Below are positions 52,363-62,229 of a stretch of 64,000 bases of DNA, one piece after another; the first letter of the stretch is position 1, and the number at the start of each line of letters is the position of its first letter. Below the pieces are notes generated by a model, which worked only from the letters and a program-made list of their open reading frames with translations, did no database searches and was not told where the DNA came from. The stretch spans positions 21,138 through 85,137 of the forward strand of contig CAWKAR010000041.1 in NCBI GenBank assembly GCA_963847625.1, read 5' to 3'. A program made the position numbers and the translations under genes. This DNA is from a candidate division FCPU426 bacterium. GTDB taxonomy: Bacteria > Oederibacteriota > Muellerivitia > Muellerivitales > Muellerivitaceae.

Positions 52363-54411
52363 TTAGCGGTTGAGATATTGGAGCGCTTGGCGGGCCAGGG
52401 TGTGATTAGGTTTCAAATCGAGGGATTTTGAGAGAAGCATCCGGGCTTTTTCCACATTTCCGGCTTGGTAGGCAAGAATCCCCGAGTAGTAATAACCCTC
52501 CGCGAATTTAGGGTCAATCACAATGGCTTTCTCGAACCAGGAGGAAGCTTCCGGAATATTACCCATTTGATAATAAACCACACCGAGATTAAGCGCGTAT
52601 TGGGGATTCTCCGGGTCAAAGGCCTGTACCCAAAAGAGATGGGAAAGAGCCTGCTCATACAGAGCACGGGACTCATGAAACTCGGGGCTGTCCGTCTTTC
52701 CTGCGGCTCGGGTCTTGAGGGCCGAGGCCTGTTGGATTTCAAAAGAAGCGGTCCACAAACGGGATGTTCCGACGTCTTTTAAGAAAACGTCCCAAGAAAC
52801 CTCATCCAAGGAATAATCGGGTTTCCCATAGTGTCTCAAGCGGAGAGCGTCCCAAAGTTGGTCGGCTTTGACTGCGTCAAAGGCGGGGACCGCGGGTGGT
52901 GAATAAGCCTCCTGGACCATTCCGTCGGGAATAAGACTCATGTTTCCCAAACCATCCTCATCCAGATTTGGGTAAGTGAAAAAATACCTCGCGCCCGGAT
53001 TATGTTCCACCATCCACCGCATCAGATGGCCGGAAATATATTCCTTCCCGCTCTCATGTTTGGGGTTTGGCACCTGCAATCCGGGATGATTCCTGGCCAA
53101 GAACATCCGGTACCAATCCATGGTCAGGCTTCCCTCGCCTAATACCGCGATATCAAGCCTTTTGCGACCCACTATTTGATGGTACCAGCACGGAAAATCC
53201 AACACGTCGCCCTTGCAGAAAAAAAGGCCGCCAGTTGGGATCGTCTTCCAGGCGTTCAGGATGTAGTCATAACTGTAGGTGTAATAAATCTGGCTTCCCT
53301 GGTAAACATTGAAGCCCGTCAAGCCCAGCGCCAGCGCCCAGGCCGCGAGAGGGAAAGCTTGCTCAGCTCGGGGGAATTTTTTCCCAAGGAGGGAAACGAG
53401 AAAACGAAAACCCAACGCGGAAAATAAAGGGATCAGCACGAAGGAGGCGATGGAATAATTTTGCATCAGGTAGGATCTCCCGCTGGAATATTTGGAAAAA
53501 ACGCAGACCGCGGCGAAAAGACCTGGCCATCCTAAAAGGAAGGCAATGCTTGGCCGACGGAGCCTTTTCCATCCATCCACTGCGCCAATAAGAGCGAGGA
53601 CCCCCACCCCCCAGAATTCCACAAAAGCAGACTTGAGATAAAAAAGCCCTTCCTTGGCCCAAAGCAGAACGTCCCAGGTGAAGTCCCTGTTTTTATAAAT
53701 ATTACGGCTCAAATGCCGCAGGAAATTCGGGAGGTTGACCGGATGGCCCCAGTTAACCAACGGTTCCTCAGAGGACCGGATAGGGAGATAAAGATAAACA
53801 GATAGGCCGAGCAACAAGAGGCAGGTGTCCCGCAGGAGGTCCTTTGCGGGGTTTTGCCTCTGCCGGTAGAGGGTCCAGACCAGATACAGGAGGCCCGGGG
53901 CAAAAGGAGCCATGCTCATCAAATGGTTGGTCATAGATAGACCGAAGAGGAAAAACGCCAGGCCGGTTTTTCCCCGCAATAGGGCTAGGGTTACAACGAG
54001 GTAGAAAAGGGCGGTCATGATATAGATGCCATTCTTAGCACTCAGAGAACCAGGGTAAGCCGTGGCGCCGGCCATCCAAAGCAAGGCGAAAGGCAGGCTG
54101 AGGGATAAGCCCAGTTTGAAAGGGCCACGCAGCAGGAGGTAAAGGAAAAAACAACAGGAAGCGCCCAGGATCGCCGAAAGCAGGTTGACCCTCAAGAAAA
54201 TCTCGCCAAGCGGGAACAGGGTGAACAGACGGCCCAGCAAGATAAAGAGGGGGTAACCGGGGGGGTGCGCGATTCCCAGGACGGACGAGGCTGTGATGAT
54301 TTCAGAGCTGTCGTCCATATAGAAAGTGGGATTCAAGCCCCAAAGGTACAGCGCGAAACAAAAAAGGAAAAACAGGGTGCTGGTTAATAGGTTTTTGGAA
54401 TGATCGCTCAA
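52363..54411 (-). CDS. DUF2723 / TMEM260-like GT-C glycosyltransferase with C-terminal TPRs
   Basis: DSSE...LGIAHPPGYPLF, RVNLLSA, YLYLPIRS, NWG.P signature; TPRs (NLGVVYYQMG, YYYSGILAYQAG); AGGAG RBS. Confidence 0.88.
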   Translation of the reverse strand: MSDHSKNLLTSTLFFLFCFALYLWGLNPTFYMDDSSEIITASSVLGIAHPPGYPLFILLGRLFTLFPLGEIFLRVNLLSAILGASCCFFLYLLLRGPFKLGLSLSLPFALLWMAGATAYPGSLSAKNGIYIMTALFYLVVTLALLRGKTGLAFFLFGLSMTNHLMSMAPFAPGLLYLVWTLYRQRQNPAKDLLRDTCLLLLGLSVYLYLPIRSSEEPLVNWGHPVNLPNFLRHLSRNIYKNRDFTWDVLLWAKEGLFYLKSAFVEFWGVGVLALIGAVDGWKRLRRPSIAFLLGWPGLFAAVCVFSKYSSGRSYLMQNYSIASFVLIPLFSALGFRFLVSLLGKKFPRAEQAFPLAAWALALGLTGFNVYQGSQIYYTYSYDYILNAWKTIPTGGLFFCKGDVLDFPCWYHQIVGRKRLDIAVLGEGSLTMDWYRMFLARNHPGLQVPNPKHESGKEYISGHLMRWMVEHNPGARYFFTYPNLDEDGLGNMSLIPDGMVQEAYSPPAVPAFDAVKADQLWDALRLRHYGKPDYSLDEVSWDVFLKDVGTSRLWTASFEIQQASALKTRAAGKTDSPEFHESRALYEQALSHLFWVQAFDPENPQYALNLGVVYYQMGNIPEASSWFEKAIVIDPKFAEGYYYSGILAYQAGNVEKARMLLSKSLDLKPNHTLARQALQYLNR

Positions 54412-54518
54412 AAGCTGCTCCTCAATAAAACAGTAAACTCAAAAAACGATTGAATCCCAAAGGACAGGTCACAATTTTTAGTAAACCCGGGAATGAGATA
54501 TGGATAGACCTGATCGCA

Positions 54519-56927
54519 TTAATCCAATTGTTGATCCCAGGTTTTTTTCCTCCAAAACCAACCCAAAACCCCAAAGTAGGCCAGAAGGGCCCCGGTTGAA
54601 ATCCACTTTCCGGCGCTGAACCCGGGTGGATCATAGTTTAAGAAAAAATGGTGTTTCCCAGCGGAAAGAGGGATGGCCCGGGCGATAACGTCGCCCGGTA
54701 TCACCTCGTAATGTTGCTGGGAACTATCGGGGCAGGCCAGGGCCTTCCATCCGAGAGCGTAATTTTCCGTCACCAGTAGGACCTGGGGGCGGGAAGTTTG
54801 GGCCTCCACTTCAATCATATCGGTCGTAGTATCCCGCAGCGACACTTGGTCGTGGGTGGTTCCTTCTTCGGGCGAGGGAATTGGTTCTTTTTCCAGCAGG
54901 ACCACCTTGGTTGGATCGAAGTTCTTCCGGTTGAGGCGCATCATGGCTTGGCTGGCATCCGTCTCCTTTTCCCAGAGGCCGATCAGGATGGCCCGGGGCA
55001 GGACAGGTCCGGGTACCGGTTCCACTTTAAATCCAGCCGTGCTGTCTTCCACCATATAACGAAGGCGCGTCAGCTTGATCTTCGTGGTGGTCAGCAACAG
55101 TAGTTCGGAAAAAGTGGGATTCGGGTTGAACTTCTCGTAGGCGGATCCGTCCCCGTAGGTGATGAAAGTGCCGTACCGCTTGGGGAGGAAGGGATCGTCC
55201 CCCCAGATGTCTTGTTTCCGGAAGGACATAGCAAGATCGTCGTGGCCCTTCCAATAGATCCGGTTTTCCCCGGGACCGGGAGCCATGACGTTTTGGACGG
55301 TTGCTTCCACGCCCTCCAAGATTTTCGGGCTGAAAAACCGTAGGGTGGAATGGGCGAAAAACCATAAGTTGACCATTCCCAGGAGGACCAGGCAAATTCG
55401 GAAGATGGGGTGGGATCGGGCGAGAATCCAAAACAGGCTGAAGAAAAATAGGAATCCAGCGCCCGTGACCAGGTTGACGATTCGCACCGCCGCGACTTGG
55501 GTGGGGAATTGGGGGGATTCAGGTGGAAAGGGAATATCTCCGTTCAGCCGGAGTGTCCCAGTGACCCCATCCAGGCCGGCACCCTCGTAAATTCCCAAAC
55601 CAGCGGCTAGAAGGATAAAACCCAAAAGAAAGGCCATCCAGGCGGGCCAGAATTTTTCGGCCCGGCCGGAAAACCAGGTTTGAATCCCGAGGGAAGCCAG
55701 GAAAGAAAAAGCCAATTGGAAAAAGATGACGGCTTTGAAACTTCCCCGGAAGAAATTGAAAGGAGGGACCCAATCGTACAGGATCGGGTAAACCGGGGTA
55801 TAGAAGCCCATGGCGAAGATTAGGGAAACCAAGGCGAGGCCCGTTAAAACCCAGCTTTTCCTGGCTGGATTTTGGATCAATCCGTAAAAAGCCAACAGGA
55901 TCGCGATGCTTCCTATGAAGAGGGAGGATTCCCACCAAATTCGGCCCCCGCCCCACCCGGAAAAGTGATGGGGGTTCCCGTTCAAGCCGGAAGCCGCCAG
56001 CGTCAAAAGGTTCATGGGGTGGAAGGAAAAAAATTGTTGCAACTCCAGCGAGGACGGGGCCTCCCGAAGGCTTTCCTTCGAGGCCAGAAGGCCGGGCAAC
56101 CATTGGACTGTCGTGAGGACCAGGCTTCCAGCTGCCATGGACAGGCCCCCGCAAACCTTCGCAACCCACCGGGCCCGGTCCAGGAGAATCAAGGCGAGGG
56201 CGTAAAGCCCCGCGAAAAACAACGTGTAAACAAAATATTGTGCGTGTCCGGCTAAAAGTTCCATGGACAGGACGGCTGCACCCCCCAGGACCCACTTGGG
56301 GGAAGGGGACTTCAATTGGCCGTCCACCATGAGGAAGACCAAAGGAATCCAAGCCATGGTGCAGAGGTTGGTCAGATGGCCGGGATAAACATGCAGAAAG
56401 AACGCCCCGCCGAACATGAAGGCGATGGACCCGAACAGGCGGGCGATGAAACGGAAATGGCTCTTGGCCAGCCAGAGGTACATGAAAAATCCGGCGAGGA
56501 AGACGTGGAGGGCGATGGAAAAATTCAAGGCGAAAGTGAGGGGTAATAACATAAAAAACCAGTTGGGGGGATACAAGAGGGCGGATTGGAAACCCGCGAA
56601 GAAAGGAGCGCCACAATAGATGTAAGGATTCCAAAAGGCAAGGTGCCCTTTTTTCAGTTCGGAAAAACCAAAATCCCGCCAGGCGTAGAATTGATTGGCC
56701 AGGTCCCCATCGGCGGAGGAGATAAGGATATCCTGGGAGAAAAGGGCTTTGCCGAAGAGCGCCAAAACCATTGCCGCTAAAATCCCCAAGGCCCAAAGTG
56801 TAGGCCTTTTGTAAAAGAAATTCAGAATATGCTCCGGACTGCCTAGGCTGGAGGGGGGGGCCATAGAGAAGAATTGAGTTTTCACCTTGTCTCCTTGCGC
56901 GGCATTTTGATTCTGGTTAGAAGCCAT
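54519..56927 (-). CDS. YfhO-family GT-C membrane protein
   Basis: FWNPYIYCGAPF...LYPPN, LLAGHAQ, C-terminal LLVTENYALGWKA...LSAGKH + TM. Confidence 0.85.
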   Translation of the reverse strand: MASNQNQNAAQGDKVKTQFFSMAPPSSLGSPEHILNFFYKRPTLWALGILAAMVLALFGKALFSQDILISSADGDLANQFYAWRDFGFSELKKGHLAFWNPYIYCGAPFFAGFQSALLYPPNWFFMLLPLTFALNFSIALHVFLAGFFMYLWLAKSHFRFIARLFGSIAFMFGGAFFLHVYPGHLTNLCTMAWIPLVFLMVDGQLKSPSPKWVLGGAAVLSMELLAGHAQYFVYTLFFAGLYALALILLDRARWVAKVCGGLSMAAGSLVLTTVQWLPGLLASKESLREAPSSLELQQFFSFHPMNLLTLAASGLNGNPHHFSGWGGGRIWWESSLFIGSIAILLAFYGLIQNPARKSWVLTGLALVSLIFAMGFYTPVYPILYDWVPPFNFFRGSFKAVIFFQLAFSFLASLGIQTWFSGRAEKFWPAWMAFLLGFILLAAGLGIYEGAGLDGVTGTLRLNGDIPFPPESPQFPTQVAAVRIVNLVTGAGFLFFFSLFWILARSHPIFRICLVLLGMVNLWFFAHSTLRFFSPKILEGVEATVQNVMAPGPGENRIYWKGHDDLAMSFRKQDIWGDDPFLPKRYGTFITYGDGSAYEKFNPNPTFSELLLLTTTKIKLTRLRYMVEDSTAGFKVEPVPGPVLPRAILIGLWEKETDASQAMMRLNRKNFDPTKVVLLEKEPIPSPEEGTTHDQVSLRDTTTDMIEVEAQTSRPQVLLVTENYALGWKALACPDSSQQHYEVIPGDVIARAIPLSAGKHHFFLNYDPPGFSAGKWISTGALLAYFGVLGWFWRKKTWDQQLD

Positions 56928-56944
56928 GAACCCGCCTTTGTTTT

Positions 56945-56960
56945 ATGAAATGCATTTTAT
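56945..56960. promoter_or_regulatory. Operator type B (ATRAAATGCATTTTAT)
   Basis: ATGAAATGCATTTTAT; one mismatch to the perfect copy at 62101-62116. Confidence 0.6.
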
Positions 56961-57072
56961 GATTTATGACCTAATAACTTTAACTTGATAGTTAAAAATA
57001 CTTGAAAACACGAAGATGAAAGGGTTTTCTTGTCTTTAAGATTATAGGGAATAGTGGTAAAGTTCCCTTATA

Positions 57073-57091
57073 AAAACGTTTTAATTCAATG
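57073..57091. promoter_or_regulatory. Operator type A (AAAACGTTTT, LacI-like)
   Basis: AAAACGTTTTAATTCAATG; matches 62064-62082 at 18/19. Confidence 0.65.
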
Positions 57092-57144
57092 GAAAAAGGT
57101 TTTTTAGATATTATCTTGTTTATTGCCCATTTTGTGCCTGAAAA

Positions 57145-60100
57145 ATGAAACCGGTTCACAGTGAAAACGACATGCGATTTGTAAACGGACTGACATCCAA
57201 TAGGATTAACAGGATTTTGGGATGGGTTAGATTGTCCCTCCCATTCCAGTGTTTTATAGCTTTGTTAATTACTGCGTTCCTAATGGGACTTCCCGTCGGA
57301 GCATTAGCGCAGTGCACCCCCTCCTCGGCATTACTTTGCGTTTCCGTGGATGATAATGCGGAGGTTTGGATCAATGGTTTTGATATTGGCACTGCTACCT
57401 ATTGCAATACTGAAGGCCAAAATTCCGTTACACAATCCTGCACCATCAATTGTTTCACCATTCCATCCGGTGATTTTAACATGGGCCAGAGCATTGTACT
57501 GGCCCTGGCTGTAACCAATACCGCTTCTCCTGAAACCTCCTTTTCGTATTCGCTGGATGTTGCATGCAGTAATGGAGAACATTCTTATCTGACCAACGCG
57601 ACAGCACAATCGTTGATTGATTACCATTCAGACGTTGGTGGGACCTGCACTGCCGATAGCCCTATCACAGATGCAAGCGGGCATTACTGGTACGCGACCA
57701 ATTACAATCCCTCCAGTACCCCTTTCACCGTCACTTCTATGGCTGAGACTTGTTCGGTGTGGGTGGGTAAAATCCAGGATCCCTTAACCGGTCTTCCCAT
57801 TTCACCTAGTTCCACCAGTGCATGCCCGAGCGTGGGAAGTTGCGGGATCATTTATGTCCGGGACGCCACTACCTTGCCGGCTCCCCAACCGACCTTAGGC
57901 CCGGTGAGTATGACAATCACCAAATCCATTCTTAGCGCCCCTGCAACTTTCGCAACTAATGATTGGGGGGTTACGTATGTTTTAAACATTTGCAATTATG
58001 GAAAACCGGCTACCAACGCCGTCACATTGGTCGATTCGGTTAGCTATACTCCATCAGGTATGGGCTTTGCTGAATACTCTGTAGGGCAATACCCACCTGG
58101 TGGAACAGCAACGGTATTCACCAACTGCTGTCCTTGGGCCCAATCTCCGGGCGATCCCATTACCTTTGTGTGCCAATCATCCTCTACCGGCGGAACCACC
58201 TGGATTTATGGAAATTTTCCTGGGGACGGGAATTGTACCTCCGTCACGCTAGGTTATAGAAGCTATTATTGGCTCGACCCAAGCATCTGCGGAGCGGTTA
58301 CGAATATCGCCAACTCCTATTGGAACGGAGGAAGCGTCACTTCCAACACCGTCATGGCCACAATCCCTTGCACCCCCTTCACTGCAACATTTACTTATAC
58401 GCAAACCCCAACTTTTACATTTACTTATACCCCAACCAAGGCGACTCCCACCTTTACCCCCACCTACACTTATACCTATACCCCGACGATTGCGGTTACT
58501 CCGACATTCACCCACACCAATACCTTCACCGTCACTTCTACTCCAACCCGCACCAATTCTCCGACCAATACACAGACGTCCTCGCCTACCCCCACACAAA
58601 CGAACACGCCAACGCGTTCAGCTACCCCCACACTGACAAACACAATCTCGCCTACTTTTTCTCCCACAATGACACCGACTCCTACTCTGACGCGTTCAAA
58701 TACACCCACCAACAGCCCTACCAATACCATGACGGTTACCCCGTCAAATACTGCTACCCGAACGTCGACACCCACACTGACAAACACAATCTCGCCTACT
58801 CCTACTCCCACAATGACACCGACGCCTACTCCGACGCGTTCAAACACACCGACCAACACACCAACCTCCACACCCACAGTTTCACCGACACCCACCCCTA
58901 CGAATACCCCGACTCGGACGTCAACATCCACACCGACTAACTCCCCAACCTCCACACCCACAACCTCGCCTACTCCTACTCCCACAGTTTCACCGACTCC
59001 TACTCCGACGCGTTCAAATACACCCACCAACAGCCCTACCAATACCATGACGGTTACCCCATCAAATACTGCTACCCGGACGTCAACATCCACACCGACT
59101 AACTCCCCAACCTCCACACCCACAACTTCGCCCACTCCTACACCAACCAATACTCCCACTGCCACCCCGACCCGGACGTCAACACCCACACCGACGAACT
59201 CCCCAACCTCCACACCCACAACCTCGCCTACTCCTACACCAACCAATACTCCCACTACCACCCCGACCCGGACGTCAACTCCCACACCAACTAACTCCTC
59301 AACCTCCACACCCACAACCTCGCCCACTCCTACATCGACGAATAGCCCAACGTCTACTCCGACCCGGACGCCTACTCCCACCCTGACGAACACCACGACC
59401 CCGACACCCACAACATCCTCCACCCCGACGCCTACAAATACGGCTACTCCTACTCCAACCCGTACACCCACTCCCACGTCAACGAACTCGGCTACAAATA
59501 GCCCTACAAACACACTCACGCCGACCCCGACGAACACACCGACGAGAACGCCTACCCCCACCCCGACCCCCACGCCTACGAACACGCTTACTCCCACCCC
59601 CAGCCCGACTGGGACCACATCGCCTACATCCACCGCGACTAACACCCCCACACGCACGAACACACCCACTTCAACTTCCACGCCCACCCCGACGACAACG
59701 CCAACGCTGACCCCCACGAATACACCGACGAGAACACCTACCCCCACCCCGACCTCTACACCAACCACAACCCCCACGCTGACCCCGACCAACACGCCCA
59801 CAAGGACGCCTACGTCCACTCCGACCCCTACGCCTACCATTACCCCCACACCGACGCCAACCAATACGCCCACCAACACGCTTACTCCCACCCCCAGCCC
59901 GACTGGGACGACTTCACCCACGAATACCCCGACCAACACCCCCACCCGCACGAACACACCCACTTCGACTTCCACGCCCACCATTACACCCACGCTCACG
60001 CCGACTTCTACCCCGACAAGGACACCCACACCCACTTTGACGCCGACCCCGACGACGACCCCTACGCCTACGCCGACGAATACACCCACTAACACACCAA

Positions 60101-61971
60101 TTTCCACGTCCACGCCAACCCCGACGACAACGCCAACGCTGACCCCCACGAATACACCGACGAGAACACCTACCCCCACCCCGACCTCTACACCAACCAC
60201 AACCCCCACGCTGACCCCGACCAACACGCCCACAAGGACGCCTACGTCCACTCAGACCCCCACGCCTACCATTACCCCCACACCGACGCCAACCAATACA
60301 CCCACCAACACGCTTACTCCCACCCCCAGCCCAACTGGGACCACATCGCCCACATCCACCCCGACCAACACTCCCACGCGCACAAACACACCCACTTCGA
60401 CTTCCACGCCCACGATCACATTTACGCCAACCCCAACCAATACCCCAACCAACACACCGACTTCCACACCGACGCCCACTCCTACAACGACTCCCACATT
60501 TACTCCGACTTTCACTCCAACGAGGACGTCCACACCTACTCCGACCCTGACTCTAACGGCGACATCTTCGCCCACGCCCACAACCACACCTACCTCAACC
60601 CCGACGAGTACGCCCACCCCGACCCCGACGCGCACGCCAACCCCCAGCGCGACAGCTTCCCCGACTCCAACGGCTTCCTTGACATCAACTGGGACGCCCA
60701 CCATTACGTCTTCGCCAACCCCCAGCCCGACCGGCACGACATCGCCCACGAATACACCCACCATTACGCCAACGACTACACCAACCTCAACTCTCACTCC
60801 CACACCGACCTTGACACCCACATCGACACCCACCAACACGCCCACCCGCACCCCGACGCCAACTCCAACGGATACTTTTACCTCGACGCCGACCTCGACT
60901 CCAACTGGCACCTCAACCAACACACCCACCTCGACCTATACCCCCATCTTCACGCCAACATACACATACACCCCGACGAACACATCCACTCCCACAACCA
61001 CCCCGACCAATACGCCGACCCCGACATCGACCCCCACCCCAACAAATACCAACACTCCTACCCCGATACCGACCAACACATCCACTTCAACGCCGACCTC
61101 GACTCCAACTCCCACCCCGACCGACACCCCCATATTCACGCCAACATCCACCAACACCCCAACGGACACTTATACGGCCACGAATACTTCCACTTCGACC
61201 AACACACCAACGGACACTTATACGGCCACCCAGACGAATACGCCGACATCAACGAAAACTCCCACCAACACTGCTACGGTCACAAACACTCCGACAGCCA
61301 CTTATAGCCCCACGGACACTTTGACCCCCACCTCCACGTTTACCGCCACAAATACACCGACCTCGACCGCCACCCCGACCACAACCAACACTCCGACTGA
61401 TACAAGTACTCCGACATCCACGAGTACCCCCACGAACACCTTCACAGCTACGTTGACCTCGACAGCTACTTATACCTCCACGAATACGCCGACCCCGACC
61501 TTTACCCGGACCTCGACCTTGACCCCAACCTTTACCAGCACCTGGACCTCCACCTCCACCCCCACGTTCACGCGTACCCTGACACCGACTAAGACAAACA
61601 CGCCCCTTTGGACCTCCACTCCCACGCCGACTTCCACGCTCACGGCGACCTCCACGGTCACGCAGGTGCCGACCTGGACGCCGACGGTAGATTACTTCAC
61701 GGTGACGAAGAACGTATTCAAGGGAGGGGAGTCGGTATCCATCTATGTGGGGACGAGCCAATACCCCGGGCCGTTCGAATTGAGCGTGTACAATTCGGCG
61801 GGGGAGCACATTAGGACGTTGGACAGCCGGTACCTGGAAGCACTGTTTGAAGGAAGCTTCTATTGGGATGGGAAGAACAAGTTCGGGGACATGTGCGCGA
61901 GCGGGGTTTACCTCTTCTACCTGACGGAACCCATGGACCGCAAAACCAAGAGAGTGATCTTCATCCGGTAA
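57145..61971 (+). CDS. Giant secreted mucin-like surface protein 3
   Basis: ...[10 protein letters not shown]; third head variant; ~1,100-aa stalk; identical C-domain; start may be 57172. Confidence 0.88.
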   Translation: MKPVHSENDMRFVNGLTSNRINRILGWVRLSLPFQCFIALLITAFLMGLPVGALAQCTPSSALLCVSVDDNAEVWINGFDIGTATYCNTEGQNSVTQSCTINCFTIPSGDFNMGQSIVLALAVTNTASPETSFSYSLDVACSNGEHSYLTNATAQSLIDYHSDVGGTCTADSPITDASGHYWYATNYNPSSTPFTVTSMAETCSVWVGKIQDPLTGLPISPSSTSACPSVGSCGIIYVRDATTLPAPQPTLGPVSMTITKSILSAPATFATNDWGVTYVLNICNYGKPATNAVTLVDSVSYTPSGMGFAEYSVGQYPPGGTATVFTNCCPWAQSPGDPITFVCQSSSTGGTTWIYGNFPGDGNCTSVTLGYRSYYWLDPSICGAVTNIANSYWNGGSVTSNTVMATIPCTPFTATFTYTQTPTFTFTYTPTKATPTFTPTYTYTYTPTIAVTPTFTHTNTFTVTSTPTRTNSPTNTQTSSPTPTQTNTPTRSATPTLTNTISPTFSPTMTPTPTLTRSNTPTNSPTNTMTVTPSNTATRTSTPTLTNTISPTPTPTMTPTPTPTRSNTPTNTPTSTPTVSPTPTPTNTPTRTSTSTPTNSPTSTPTTSPTPTPTVSPTPTPTRSNTPTNSPTNTMTVTPSNTATRTSTSTPTNSPTSTPTTSPTPTPTNTPTATPTRTSTPTPTNSPTSTPTTSPTPTPTNTPTTTPTRTSTPTPTNSSTSTPTTSPTPTSTNSPTSTPTRTPTPTLTNTTTPTPTTSSTPTPTNTATPTPTRTPTPTSTNSATNSPTNTLTPTPTNTPTRTPTPTPTPTPTNTLTPTPSPTGTTSPTSTATNTPTRTNTPTSTSTPTPTTTPTLTPTNTPTRTPTPTPTSTPTTTPTLTPTNTPTRTPTSTPTPTPTITPTPTPTNTPTNTLTPTPSPTGTTSPTNTPTNTPTRTNTPTSTSTPTITPTLTPTSTPTRTPTPTLTPTPTTTPTPTPTNTPTNTPISTSTPTPTTTPTLTPTNTPTRTPTPTPTSTPTTTPTLTPTNTPTRTPTSTQTPTPTITPTPTPTNTPTNTLTPTPSPTGTTSPTSTPTNTPTRTNTPTSTSTPTITFTPTPTNTPTNTPTSTPTPTPTTTPTFTPTFTPTRTSTPTPTLTLTATSSPTPTTTPTSTPTSTPTPTPTRTPTPSATASPTPTASLTSTGTPTITSSPTPSPTGTTSPTNTPTITPTTTPTSTLTPTPTLTPTSTPTNTPTRTPTPTPTDTFTSTPTSTPTGTSTNTPTSTYTPIFTPTYTYTPTNTSTPTTTPTNTPTPTSTPTPTNTNTPTPIPTNTSTSTPTSTPTPTPTDTPIFTPTSTNTPTDTYTATNTSTSTNTPTDTYTATQTNTPTSTKTPTNTATVTNTPTATYSPTDTLTPTSTFTATNTPTSTATPTTTNTPTDTSTPTSTSTPTNTFTATLTSTATYTSTNTPTPTFTRTSTLTPTFTSTWTSTSTPTFTRTLTPTKTNTPLWTSTPTPTSTLTATSTVTQVPTWTPTVDYFTVTKNVFKGGESVSIYVGTSQYPGPFELSVYNSAGEHIRTLDSRYLEALFEGSFYWDGKNKFGDMCASGVYLFYLTEPMDRKTKRVIFIR
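58372..61686 (+). repeat. Intragenic Thr/Pro repeat array, including 294/432-nt super-units
   Basis: Anchors at 59599, 59893, 60325. Confidence 0.9.
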
Positions 61972-62029
61972 AAAGGTTTATGAGAGTTTAAAAGACCAAA
62001 ATATCTGAAATTAGTGCAGGAATCGTAGG

Positions 62030-62117
62030 TTGACACCTAAAAAGGATGTGATAAATTATAATTAAAACGTTTTAATTTAATGAAGTACAACCATGAATCC
62101 ATAAAATGCATTTTATG
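62030..62117 (+). promoter_or_regulatory. Promoter with two perfect 18-bp palindromes
   Basis: TTGACA (62030-62035), 16 nt, TAAATT; AATTAAAACGTTTTAATT (62060-62077); CATAAAATGCATTTTATG (62100-62117). Confidence 0.7.
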
Positions 62118-62229
62118 CCCAGGTTATTTTCCTCCTGTGCCTATTCCCCCACATTTGGATTTATAACGTTTTTCAGCTCAGCGAGAGGATTACTGAAAGA
62201 ATACCTCTTCAACCCTTTTAAGGTGCCGT

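Noticed and set aside
58269..58940. 223-aa His/Tyr-rich alternative-frame ORF
   Set aside because: Frame-shifted reading of the Thr/Tyr/Pro stalk codons of adhesin 3.
42194..61661. Long minus-strand Val/Gly-rich ORFs (e.g. 42194-44617, 47664-51173, 58476-60251)
   Set aside because: Antisense shadows of ACN/CCN (Thr/Pro) codon runs; they have no RBS, signal or domain of their own.
41995..61686. Repeat arrays as CRISPR or DGR template/variable repeats
   Set aside because: No constant repeat with unique spacers, no cas or reverse transcriptase gene, no adenine-specific mismatch pattern; repeats are in-frame coding.
62010..62031. GCAGGAATCGTAGGTT as a third copy of the structured element
   Set aside because: Only ~12 nt match the P2 3' arm; the pairing partner and other stems are absent.
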